From Macrostomum lignano (Eukaryota), in contig NIVC01000869.1 of assembly GCA_002269645.1 (NCBI GenBank), positions 186,001 through 250,000 on the forward strand: a DNA stretch of 64,000 bases. The letters are read 5' to 3'. The position numbers and the translations under genes are program-made. Positions 20,951 to 33,799 of this stretch are shown here, one piece after another. The notes beneath the pieces were generated by a model, which was given only the letters and a program-made list of their open reading frames with translations, was not told the origin of the DNA and did not search any database. Position 1 is the first letter of the stretch. The number at the start of each line of letters is the position of its first letter.

Positions 20951-21734
20951 TGGATTTGTCTTCTATGAGTATTGAGTATGCGAGTAAAATCTTTATCCGC
21001 CTCACCGGACCAAATTGTAGTGAAACTACAAATTACTTTGATGTGAATTGCAATATTTTATGAGTTAAAGACGAGAGGGCTTGGGGCGAGAAACTTAACT
21101 GCGAGAAAGAACTGTAAAAGGAAATTAGTCTATGGTAATTTATGACAAACTGAGTTGCAAATAAAAAGTATAACAAAATACCCATAAATTATTAAGAAAT
21201 TTATCAATTCTTTTAGCCGTCAAATCTTCTTCTAAATATACTAAATCTTTCTTCTTTTCTTTTTATCAAAATATACTAAATCTCTTCTAAATACACTAAA
21301 TCTCTAAGGTTTGTTTGTATGCTTGCTTGCTTGAATCTTATTCTTTCTTCTTCCTATATACTAAATCTCTAATCTATGTCTGTCTGTCTGTCTGTCCGTG
21401 TAAAACGCTCTACAGACTTCTTATATACTAAATCACAATATACTAAATCTCTAATCTTTTCTTCTTTTCTTCTTATCTTCTAAATATACTAAATCTCTAA
21501 TCTGTCTGTATGTCTGTCTGTCTGTCCGTGTAAAACGCTCTACAGACTGCAATTCTTGACCAATTTCGATCGCGTTTTCACCAAACAGTTGCAACTCAAC
21601 CAAGGATTGTATGGTTAACATTTCTTTTATCTGCTTCAATTCTGAAGGTCTTAAATATTCAAAAAACTGTATTTTCCCTATTTAATTAGTGTATTATTCT
21701 CGCAGTGAGAGCTTGAAAAATAATAAGGGAATTC

Positions 21735-24425
21735 AAGGGAATTGCTGAGATGTCAAGGCTTACTGGGGAGAATTGCTGAGTTGTCAAGGCCTACTGGGGG
21801 AATTGCTGCGACTTCAAGGCTAATTGGGGGAATTTCCGAGATTTCAAGGCTTACTGGGGGAATTGCTGAGATGTCAAGGCTTACTGGGGAATTGCTGAGA
21901 TGTCAAGGCTAACTGGGGGAATTGCTGAAATGTCAACGCTTACTGGGGGGAAGTGCTGAGATTTCAAGGCTTACTTGGGGGAATCGCTGAGACTTCAAGG
22001 CTTACTGGGGGAATTTCTAAGATTTCAAGGCTTCCTCGGGGAATTGCTGAGATTTCAAGGCTTGCTGGGGGGAATTGCTGAGATGTCAAGGCTTACTGGG
22101 GTAATTGCTGAGATGTCAAGGCTTACTGGGGAAATTGCTGAGATGTCATCAAGGCTTATGGCATATTGAGCTCCTGCTGCGGACCAGAATATGCCCAGGC
22201 CAATGACGATATGCCCAAAGAGTTTGTGCTTGAAAGGATAAGTACTATTTGCTGATTGAGAAAGTGTTTTGGGCTGATGAAGGAAACTTTGGCTGGTGAA
22301 GGTTTTGATTCGTGGCAATTGGGGGAATTGCTGAGTTGTCAAGGCCTACTGGAGGAATTGTGAGAAGTCAAGACTTACTGGAGGAATTACTGAGATTTCA
22401 AGGCTTACTGGGGGAATTGCTAAGTTGTCAAGGCTTACTGGGGGAATTGCTGAGACTTCAAGGCTTACTGGGGGAATTCTAGCCCTAGTCCATTTCAAGG
22501 TATACTGGGGGAATTGCTGAGATTTCAAGACTTACTAAGGGAATTTCTGAGATTTCAACGCTTACTAAGGGAATTTCTGAGATGTCAAGTCCTACTAAAA
22601 GAATTTTTGAGATGTCAAGGCCTACTGGGGGAATTGCTGAGATGTCAAGGCCTACTAAAATAATTTCTGAGATGTCAAGACCTACTGGGGGAATTGCTGA
22701 GATGTCAAGGCCTACTAAAAGAATTTCTGAGATGTCAAAGCTTACTGGAGGAATTGCCGCGATGTCAAGGCTTACTGGGGGAATTGCTTAGTTGTCAAAG
22801 CTTACTGGGGGAATGGCTAAGATATCAAGGCTTACTGGGGAAATTTCTGAGATTTCAAGGCCTACTAAAAGAATTTCTGAGATATCAAGGCTTACTGGGG
22901 AAATTTCTGAGATTTCAAGGCCTACTAAAATAATTTCTGAGATGTCAAAGCTTACTGGAGGAATTGCTGAGATGTCAAGGCCTACTAAAGGAATTTCTGA
23001 GATTTCAAGGCTTACTCGGGGAATTGCTGAGATTTCAAGGCTTACTCGGGGAATTGCTGAGATTTCAAGGCTTGCTGGGGGGAATTGCTGAGATGTCAAG
23101 GCTTACTGGGAGGAATTGCTGAGATTTCAAGGCTTACTCGGGGAATTGCTGAGATTTCAAGGCTTGCTGGGGGGAATTGCTGAGATGTCAATGCTTATTA
23201 GGAGGAATTGCTGAGATGTCAAGGCTTACTGGGGGAATTGCTGAGATGTCAAGGCTTACTTGGGGGAATTGCTGAGACTTCAAGGCTTACTGGGGGAATT
23301 GCTGATATATCAAGGCTTGCTAGGGGGAATTGCTGAGATGTCAAGGCTTACTGGGGGAATTGCTTAGACTTCAAGACTTACTGGAGGAATTACTGAGATT
23401 CGAGACTTACTGAAGAATTACTGAGATTTTAAGGCTTACTGGGGGGAATTGCTGAGATGTCAAGGCTTACTGGGGAAATTGCTGAGATGTCATCAAGGCT
23501 TATGGCATATTGAGCTCCTGCTGCGGACCAGAATATGCCCAGGCCAATGACGATATGCCCAAAGAGTTTGTGCTTGAAAGGATAAGTACTATTTGCTGAT
23601 TGAGAAAGTGTTTTGGGCTGATGAAGGAAACTTTGGCTGGTGAAGGTTTTGATTCATGGCAATTGGGGGAATTGCTGAGTTGTCAAGGCCTACTGGGGGA
23701 ATTGTGGGAAGTCAAGACTTACTTGAGGAACTACTGAGATTTCAAGGCTTACTGGGGGGAATTGCTGAGTTGTCAAGGCTTACTGGGGGAATTGCTGAGA
23801 CTTCAAGGCTTACTGGGGGAATTGCTGAGTTGTCAAGGCTTACTGGGGGAATTGCTGAGATTTCAAGGCTTACTAATGGAATTTCTGAGATTTCAACGCT
23901 TACTAAGGGAATTTCTGAGATGTCAAGTCCTACTAAAAGAATTTTTGAGATGTCAAGGCCTACTGGGGGAATTTCTGAGATGTCAAGGCCTACTAAAAGA
24001 ATTTCTGAGATGTCAAAGCTTACTGGAGGAATTGCTGAGATGTCAAGGCCTACTAAGGGAATTTCTGAGATGTCAAGGCTTACTGGGGAAATTAATGAGA
24101 TGTCATCAAGGCTTATGGCATATTGAGCTCCTGCTGCGGACCAGAATACGCCCAGGCCAATGACGATATGCACTAAGAGTTTGTGCTTGAAAGGATAAGT
24201 ACTATTTGCTGAATGAGAAAGGCTTTTGGGCTGATGAATGAAACTTTGGCTGGTGAAGGTTTTGATTCATGGCAACTGGGGGAATTGCTGAAATGACAAG
24301 GCTTATTTGGGGGAATTGCTGGGATGTCAAGGGTTGGGGAGAATTGCTGAGTTGTTAAGGCTTATTTGGGGGAATTGCTGAGATGTCAAGGCTTACTGGG
24401 GGAATCACTGAGATGTCAAGGCTTA
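21735..24425. repeat. 30-bp satellite (GGGGGAATTGCTGAGATGTCAAGGCTTACT)n; related degenerate arrays at ~39400-40800
   Basis: Direct inspection. The 10-aa periodic ORFs (GGIAEMSRLT) are artefacts of the 30-bp unit. Confidence 0.95.
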
Positions 24426-26569
24426 CTGGGTGTAAGGATATTACTCATAGGCCAAAATAAAAACCATTTAGCGTCATTCTTGCGTCCCCCAACGGTGGGC
24501 TTAAATTGCTAGTCAAATATACTAAAAATGAAAAAATTGCTTGCTTGCTTGCTTGTATGCAATCGATTATCTCCCGAACGGCTCAACCGATTTTCTCCGT
24601 TTCTTCGCCAAAACATGTCAAATGTGCCAGGGACGGTACATGTAATTTTATTAAGCTCTAGCTCAATGCTAAGGGGATTAAATATTCGAAAAACTGTTTT
24701 AAAGGTTTTTTTCAATGCAAATTTTATCAGCGAGAAACTTCACTGCCAATTTAATTGATAGCGCCAGAGCCAACTGATAAGAAAACTCACTGGGCCCCAC
24801 TGCCCAGATAATTACTCTATTTAACTTGCGAAACCATTAAAAGGGGGGTATAATAAAAATTCTGGATGCTGGCAGACAGCCTACCCCAGCTAGTCTAAAT
24901 ATACTATCACAATATACTAATCACAATATACTAAATCTCTAAGGTCTGTCTGTCTGTCTGTCTGTCTGACCGGTATTTCATTCTACAGCCTGAATGCCTG
25001 AACCGATTTTTTTCAAACTTGCTTTATTCAATTGCAAATTCTTGTGAGATTGTGTGGGTGTAATTGCATTGAAAAAATCGAATGGGAAGATGGTTAAATA
25101 TTCGAAAAACGAGTTTTCTCAATGCTTTCAATGGGCGGCTAGAAAAGGTCAAAATCTCACTAACTGAATTTCAATTCCAATTAAGATTGCGCCACAACTT
25201 TTCTCTGTTCACTGCGTACGCCTCAATACTGGCTGCAATAAGGGAGAGGAAAATAATGCTCAGTGGCTGCGTGTGTACATTCTGACCCTGACTGACTGGC
25301 GGACTGCATAGACAATTGCTATTTATAGATTTCACTCAACTGTGCATTGGCTCTGCCTGCATACAACCTGTGCACACTGAGCAGCCTATCACTGCTATGT
25401 ATTTGACTGCAGTGCCGAAGCATATATCGCTGATTTTTGCGCGCTCCGATCAGTAGGCGGAATAGCCGCAGTGTAGGCACTAGGACTAGGTTTAGGCTAG
25501 GCGTAAGGTCTAAGGTTCGAGTCCGCCTCCCCAGCGGATAATTAAAATTAAATAAATTCATTGATTAGTAGCTTGTGCTTCGACTATTTTGAGAATTGCT
25601 TGATTAATTATATATTGCCTGAGCAATTAAAATTTTTTTATTAATTACAATAATTTATTTTTGCTACTCGCACAAGCCACTAAGCAAATTTGATTTGATT
25701 TGTAAAATCCTAAGATCCTATTAATTGTTATTATCTAGGTTTATAGAAGTAGATAATTACTAAACTGCAGATGATGCTGCTAAACTGTATTGCTAAATGC
25801 TGAGTGGTGCAAAAGATTGCCGATATTTATCGAAAATCGATTAGTGAGCCATAAAATGCTGAGCTAATTTCTACATTGTTGAAAGGATCATTGCTGTAGA
25901 CGATGCTGCTAAACTGCTGAGGTATTGCTAAATGCTGAGTTGCGCAGGACTGCCAAATATTGTATCGAAAATTGATTAGTGCGCCGTCGTAAAAGGTTCA
26001 TGTCTGTTCATGTCTGCGGGGGACAATTTTTAAATCATTGAAAAGATCATTGCAGTTTGCTGAGAATACTGAGGGGCCAGCTGAGAGAACTGCAGACTGC
26101 TGAGGGGATAAATGAGAATTATTAAGGAAACACTTGCTGACTGCAAATTAATTGACTGCAGACTACTGAGGGGAACTGCAGATTGTTGAAGGGATCATTG
26201 CAGACTGCAAAGGGGACAAACTGCAAACTGCTGACGTTGGTTAGTTTCTCGAGACTTATGAGCGTATAAGCTGCAAACTGCCGAGGGGATAGCTGCAGAC
26301 TGCTAGGATAATAATGGCAGACTTCTGAGGAGGATATCTAACTGTGAATAATTGTAGCTTGCAGAAGGGACAATTCTGGGTCCCTGAGGGATAAATGAAT
26401 AATAATAATAAAAGTTGTAGAGTGCAAATGAGTTGTATGACTGCAGTCTGTTTTGCGGAATTAGAAGGGATAATTTCAGGTTGTTGTGGGGATAACTGCC
26501 TATTTCTGGGGAGGGTTTAACTTTAAACTTCTGAGGCGATAATAGTAGTCACCTTTTAGCAGTTTGGGA

Positions 26570-27105
26570 GTGGTGCTAATCTGGGGAGCGGTGCTATCTA
26601 AGGGAGTGGGGCCAATATAAAGAAGTGGGGGGGGCTAATCTGGGGGATTGGGGCTAATCTGGGGGATTGGGGCTAATCTGGGGGATTGGGCTAATCTGGG
26701 GGATTGGGGCTAATCTGGAGGAAGTAGCGGTGCGAATTTTTGCGGAGTGGTGCAAATCTGGAGAAGTAGTGCTAATCTGGGAAGGTAAAACTATCTGGGA
26801 AGCGGCGGTAATCTGTGGAGCGGTGCTAATCTAGGCTGAGTGCTAATCTGGGCTGAGTGCTAATCTAGGCTGAGTGCTAATCTGGGCTGAGTGCTAATCT
26901 GGGCGCAGTGCTGATCTGGGCGCAGTGCTAATCTGGGCTGAGTGCTAATCTGGGCGCAGTGCTAATCTAGGCGTAGTGCTAATCTCGGGAGAGTGGGGCT
27001 AATCTGGGGGTGTGCGGCTAATATGGGAGGAGTAGTGCTAATCTGGGGGAAGTGGGGCTAATCTGGGGGTGTAGTGCTAATATGGGAGAATAGTGCTAAT
27101 CTGGT
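26570..27105. repeat. ~19-20-bp degenerate minisatellite built on GTGCTAATCTGGG
   Basis: Direct inspection. Confidence 0.9.
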
Positions 27106-28369
27106 AAGGATTTGAAAATAACGAATAATCATAAAAGAACTATAAATGAATTGACATTGCAAAGTTTCAAACATTAAGAAATGTAACTTTTTAGAACTTT
27201 TTAGTCTCAGTAAAATTGGTGTGAAACTGCTTAGATATTTGCTACTGCAGAACTGCTCGGAGATTAGTGAGATTTGCTCTGCGACTGTGCAAAACTGCTT
27301 ATAGACAAGCGCTGAACTGCTAAGAAGCCACCCGGAGGGGGGCTAAATGGCTAGTCTTCTAATATACTAAAAATGAAAATCTTGCTTGCTTGCTTGCTTG
27401 CTTGTATGCAATCGATTATCTCCCAAAAGGCTCAACGGATTTTCTCCGTTTCTTCGCCAAAACATGTCAAATGTGCCCGGGACGGTACATGTAATTTTAT
27501 TAAGCTCTAGCTCAATGCTAAGGGGATTAAATATTCGAAAAACTGTTTTAAATGGCCTTTTTAGTGTATTTTTTTATCAGCCTGCGCGCAGCGAGAAACT
27601 TCACAGCCAATTTTAATGATTGCGCCAGAGCCAACTGATAAGAAAATTCACTTTGCCCCACTGCCCAGATAATTACTCTATTTAACTTGCGTAACCAATT
27701 AAGGGGGGGGGTATAATAAAAATTCTGGATGCTGGCAGACAGCCTACCCCTGCTAGTTTCCTATACTAAAAATGAAAATCTTGTTTGTGCGCAATCGATT
27801 AGACAAAAAATGGCTGGACCGATTTTCTTCGAACTTGCACTGTTCGATCAGAAATTTTCCCGTGACGGTACATGCATCTTGGCTAAGAAATTGCTCCATG
27901 TTAAAGCGATTAAATATTCGAAAAACATGCTTTTTTGCAAAGGTCAAGCAAACTTTTCGACTTGAAATGCATTGTAATAATGCTAGAGAAAAAACTGACT
28001 GGTTGAATTCTGATTCTGAAATAGATTGCATCATAACTGAATTGTAACTCCAACTTGAATTGCGTCACAGTATTGAAAATGCAGTGTGGAAGCGTAGCAC
28101 CAGACTTGATTTAGATTGCGTAACCATATTCTCAACTTTAATTGAGACTGATACTGACTTGCCTGGGAAATTGATTATGTCATAACTGCTTCGTGAGTGA
28201 GTGTTGAATTATATAAGTGCTACAATTTCATTTATAAATTCGATAAGATCTAGCCTACATGTGAACAGACTGGACTGCAAATGCAGCGACCTGGGTTCGA
28301 ATCTTAGTAGTGAAAAGTTTTTTATTAAAAGCTTTTATTCAAGGACAAATAAAGGACAAAAGGCGTCAT

Positions 28370-30110
28370 GTAAAAAATCATTGAAGCGTCATGTAAAAAA
28401 TCATAGAAGCGTCATGAAACAATCATAGAAGCGTCATGTAACAAATCATAGAAGCGTCATGTAAACAATCATAGAAGCGTCATATAAAAATCATAAAAGC
28501 GTCATTTAAAAAAATCATAGAAGCGTCATGTGAAAATCATAGAAGCGTCATGTAAACCATCATAGAAGCGTCATGTAAAAAAATCATAGAAGCGTCATGT
28601 AAAAATCATAGAAGCGTCATGTAAACAATCATAGAAGCGTCATGTAACAAATCATAGAAGCGTCATGTAAACAATCATAGAAGCGTCATGTAAACCATCA
28701 TAGAAGCGTCATGTAAAAAAATCATAGAAGCGTCATGTAAAAATCATAGAAGCGTCATGTAAACAATCATAGAAGCGTCATGTAACAAATCATAGAAGCG
28801 TCATGTAAACAATCATAGAAGCGTCATATAAAAATCATAGAAGCGTCATGTAAACAATCATAGAAGCGTCATGAAAAAATCATAGAAGCGTCATGTAAAC
28901 AATCATAGAAGCGTCATCTAAAAAGTCATAGAAGCGTCATGTAAAAAATCATAGACGCTTCTATGATTGATTACATGACGCTTCTATGATTTTTACATGA
29001 CGCTTCTATGATTTTTTACATGACGCTTCTATGATTTTTTACATGACGCTAAAAAATCATAGACGCTTCTATGATTGTTTACATGACGCTTCTATGATTT
29101 TTACATGACGCTTCTATGATTTTTTACATGACGCTTCTATGATTTTTTACATGACGCTTCTATGATTTTTTACATGACGCTTCTATGATTTTTTACATGA
29201 CGCTTCTATGATTTTTTACATGACGCTTCTATGATTGTTTACATGACACTTCTATGATTTTTAATGACGCTTCTATGATTGTTTACATGACGCTTCAATG
29301 ATTTTTTACATGACGCTTCTATGCTTTTTACATGACGCTTCTATGCTTTTTACATGACGCTTCTATGCTTTTTACATGACGCTTCTATGATTGTTTACAT
29401 GACGCTTCTATGATTTTTTTCATGACGCTTCTATGATTGTTTACATGACGCTTCTATGATTTTTTACATGACGCTTCTATGATTTTTTACATGACGCTTC
29501 TATGATTGTTTACATGACACTTCTATGATTTTTAATGACGCTTCTATGATTGTTTACAAGACGCTTCAATGATTTTTTACATGACGCTTCTATGATTTTT
29601 AACATGACGCTTCTATGATTGTTTACATGACGCTTCTATGATTTTTTACATACGCTTCTATGATTGTTTACATGACGCTTCTATGCTTGTTTATATTTTT
29701 AATGACGCTTCTATGATTGTTTACATGACGCTTCAATGATTGTTTATATGACGCTTCTATGATTGTTTACATACGCTTCTATGATTGTTTACATGACGCT
29801 TCTATGCTTGTTTATATGACGCTTCTATGATTGTTTATATGACGCCTCTATGATTGTTTATACGACGCTTCTATGATTTTTACATGACGCTACTATGCTT
29901 TTTACATGACGCTTCTATGATTTTTACATGACGCTTCTATGATTGTTTACATGACGCTACTATGATTTTTACATGATGCTTCTATGATTTTTTACATGAC
30001 GCTTTTATGATTTTTTTTACATGACGCTTCCATTATTTTTTTCATGACGCTTCTATGATTTTCACATGACGCTTCTATGATTTTTTACATGACGCATGAA
30101 AATCATAGAA
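28370..30110. repeat. ~22-23-bp satellite (ATCATAGAAGCGTCATGTAAAA)n with an inverted block at ~28955-30095; further arrays at ~49565-51110 and ~53745-54300
   Basis: Direct inspection. Orientation flips at ...catag|acgcttctatg.... Confidence 0.95.
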
Positions 30111-31619
30111 GAGTCATGTAAAAAATAAAAGTAGCACTATGTATACATAAAATAAAAGTCATGTCAAAGTTAAAAGATTTATTTGGGAATTGCAACGATG
30201 TCAAAGCTTGGTGGAAATCGTTATAGTGCTGTGATTCTTAAAGAAGGAATCACTAAAATGTCAAGGCTTAGGGGATAAGAATTGCTGAGATTTCAAGGCT
30301 TTAGGTTGGGTTAAAGTTAGGTTTAGGTCAGGTGTGGGTTGAGGGTTATATTTTATCGGGTTTCAAGGTTAACAGGGGATTTTTTAGATTTCAAGGTTTA
30401 TGGGGGCCATCGCTGACATGTCAAGGCTTACGGGGGGAATAGCTGAGATGTCAAGGCTCACGGGGGTATAAATGAGATTTCAAGGCTAAAGTCAGAAGCT
30501 ACATGTAGTTTATTGAAAACTTTTTATTACATTATTTGATGCCTCCTCAGGGGAGGGATCGCTGATAAAAAAAGCGTAATGTAAAAAATAAAAGAAGCTT
30601 CATGTCGAAGTTAAGAGATTCATTTGGGAATCCCAACGATGTCGAGGCTTGCAGGAAATCGCTATAATGCTGTAGTAGTGCTATAATGACTCTCAGAGAG
30701 AATTACTGAAATTTCAATGCTTTAGGGTTGGGCTAGGGTTAGGGTTAGGGTGAGGCTATAGGGTTAGGGTTAGGGTTAGGCTAGCGTTAGGGTTAGAAGG
30801 TTGACAGATATTTTTATATTTCCAAGGCTTATTGGGGGCATTGCTGAGATGTCAAGGGGGGAAGTTGATATGTTAAAGCTTGTGGAGGGGATTACTGACA
30901 TTTCAAAACTTACAAGGTTTGACAGGAGATTTTTTAAGATTTCAAGGATACATGCAGCTTATTAAAAACACGTGTATTGCATTTCTTTGGCTCCCAACGG
31001 GGGGCAAAGATTGCTAGTCCTTATATACTAAAAATGAGTTGTCTGTATGTGGGTAGGTAGGTATGCGATAGATTTCAGAAAAAATGGCTCAACCGATTTT
31101 CTTCAAACTTGCACCATTCGATCAGAAATTTTCCTGGGACGGTACATGCATCTTGGCTAAGAAATTGCTCAATGTTAAAGGGATTAAATATTCGAAAAAC
31201 ATGCTTTTTTGCAAAGGTCAAGCAGCTCTTTCGACCTGAAATGCATTGTAAAAATGCTACAGAAAAAACTGACTGACTGAATTTCAATTCTGATAAAAAT
31301 TGCATCACAACAAGATGAAACAGTGTCGAAAAAATTCACACAAGACTTGATTGTAATTGCGTAACCATATTGCTAACTTGAATTGAGACTGATACTGGCT
31401 GACTGAGAAATTGATTATGTCATAACTTTTTTATTTAACCGACTTGCTATAAGAATTGAATTATAAGGGCCACAATTCATGTTCTCCAATTGAAAAGAGA
31501 TAGCCAAGATGCGAACAGACTGGACTCCTTATGTAGCGACCTGGGTTCGAATCTTAGTAGTGCAAAATAACTTTTTTAATAAAACACTTAAAAAAACACA
31601 AAATGCTAAACATAAAAAA

Positions 31620-33540
31620 GCGCAATGTCAAACATAGACGAGCCACCATGTTGAACATTAAAGAGCCACAATGTCGAACATTAAAGAGCCACAATGTCGA
31701 ACATTAAAGAGCCACCATGTTAAACATTAAAGAGCCACCATGTTAAACATTAAAGAGCTAACATGTCAAAAACAAAAAAAAAGCCACCATATCACACATA
31801 AAAGAGCCACCATGTCAAAAATATAAGAGCCACCATGCCAAACAAAAAAGAGCCACTATTTCAAACATAAAAGAGCTCCCATGTCAAACATTAAAGAGCC
31901 ACCATGTAGAACATTAAAGAGCGACCATCTCAAACGTAAAAAAGCCACTATGTCAAACATAAAAGCGCCACTATGTAAAATATATACGTGACTCCATGTC
32001 AAACATAAAAGAGCCACCATGTCAAACATAAAAGAGCCACCATGAAGAACATTAAAGAGCCACCATGTCAAACATTTAAGAGCCACCATGTGAAACATAT
32101 ACGTGACTCCATGACAAAAATATACGTGACTCCATTTCAAACATTAAAGAGCCACCATGAAGAACATTAAAGAGCCACCATGTTAAACATATAAAAGAGC
32201 CACCATGTAAAGCATATACGTGACTCCATTTAAAACATTAAAGTGCCACCATGTCAAACATTGAAGAGCCACCATAAAGAACATTAAAGAACCACCATGT
32301 CAAACATAAAAGATCCACCATGTCAAACATAAAAGATCCACCATGTCAAACATTATAGAGCCACTATGTCAAACATTATTTAGCCACAATGTCAAACATA
32401 AAATAGCCACCATGTAAAACATTAAAGAGCCACCATGTCAAACATATACGTGACTCCATGTAAAACATAAAAGAGCCACCATTTCGAACATTAAAGAGCC
32501 ACCATGTCGAAATTAAAAAACCACCGTGTCAAACATTAAAGAGCCACTATTTCGAACATTAAAGAGCCACCATGTCAAACATTTAAGAGCCACAATGTCT
32601 AACATTTAAGAGCCACCAAGTCAAAGCTAAAAGAGCCACAGTGTCAAACATTAAAGAGCCATTATGTCAAACCTAAAAAAGCCGCCATGTCTAACATAAA
32701 AGAGCCACCATGTCGAACATTAAAGAGCCCCCATTTCGAACATTAAAGAGCCACCATTTCGAACATTAAAGAGCCACCATGTCAAACATAAAAGAGCCAC
32801 CATTTCAAAAATTAAAGAGCCACTTTGTCGAACATTAAAGAGCCACCATGTCAAACAGATTAGAACCACCATGTCAAACATATTAGAACCACCATGTCAG
32901 ACATTCAATAGCCACCATATCAACATTAAAGAGCCACCATGTTGAACATTAAAGAGCCACCACGTCGAACATTAAAGAGCTACCATGTAAAACATTAAAT
33001 TACCACCATGTCAAACATTTAAGAGTCACCATGTCAAACGCAACATGACTCCATGTCAAACATTAAAGAGCCACCATATCAAACATTAAAGAGCCACCAT
33101 GTAAAACATTAAAGAGCCACCTATCAAACATTAAAAAGCCACCATGTCAAACAATAAAGAGCCACCATGTCAAACATTAAACATAAAAGAAACACCATGC
33201 CACACATAAGGGAGCCACTATGTCTAACATATACGTGACTCCATGTCGAACATAAAAGCGCCACCATGTTGAACATTAAAGAGCTAACATGTCGAACATT
33301 AAAGAGCCATCATGTAAGACATAAAAGAGCCATCATGTCAGACATAAAAGAGCCATCATGTTAGACATAAAAGAGCCACCATGTCGAACATCAAAGAGCC
33401 ACCATGTGAAACATATAAGTGACTCCATGTCAAACATTAAAGAGCCATCTTGTCGAACACAAAAAAGCCACCATGTCAAACATTTATGAGCCACCATTTC
33501 AAAAATAAAAGAGACACCGTTTCAAACATAAAAAGAAGTG
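31620..33540. repeat. 23-bp satellite (AAAGAGCCACCATGTCAAACATT)n; further arrays at ~42340-43080, 45460-48670, 54835-55970 and 61050-61154
   Basis: Direct inspection. Most arrays follow the same Helitron-like core; 61050-61154 continues the 54835-55970 array beyond the LINE. Confidence 0.95.
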
Positions 33541-33799
33541 TCATGCCAAACAAAATGGAGCCACTACAAAGCTAAGGATATTGTTGCACTAGCTACTTGT
33601 TCTCTGGTGGATGCTTGCTATTTAAGGATGGATACTTGCTATCAAGGGGATGCTTGCTATCGGAAGGATGCTTGCTACTGGGGTAACTTGCTATTGGGAG
33701 ATGCTTGCTCTTGGGGGGGGGTGGAGGGTACTTGCTTTCTGAGAGGGGGTTGCTAGGTATCTATAAGGTCTCTTTGTATCCAGGTTATGCTTGCTATCT

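Larger units (their letters stand above)
16478..21186 (-). mobile_element. Full-length Ty3/gypsy retrotransposon (probably CsRn1/Kabuki-like), 171-bp LTRs at 16478-16648 and 21016-21186
   Basis: The LTRs differ at 3 of 171 positions by my count. TSD is AATT (16474-16477 / 21187-21190). A PPT (GGAGGGGGAG) lies at ~16652-16661 and a TGG-initiated PBS-like site at ~21013-20997. Domain order is gag-PR-RT-RH-IN. Confidence 0.95.
7999..21224 (+). mobile_element. Degraded endogenous Polinton/Maverick- or adintovirus-like element (virion morphogenesis module) with nested LTR insertions
   Basis: Co-oriented, tightly spaced AT-rich genes for MCP (fragment), A32-like ATPase, minor capsid and adenain-like protease are the established Polinton/PLV core set. 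No pPolB, integrase or TIR is visible, so both ends appear truncated. Boundaries are approximate. Confidence 0.85.

Noticed and set aside
22270-22315. Hammerhead ribozyme at CTGATGAAGGAAAC
   Set aside because: A stem III can be drawn, but stem II is only 2 nt and stem I does not pair in any of the four copies.
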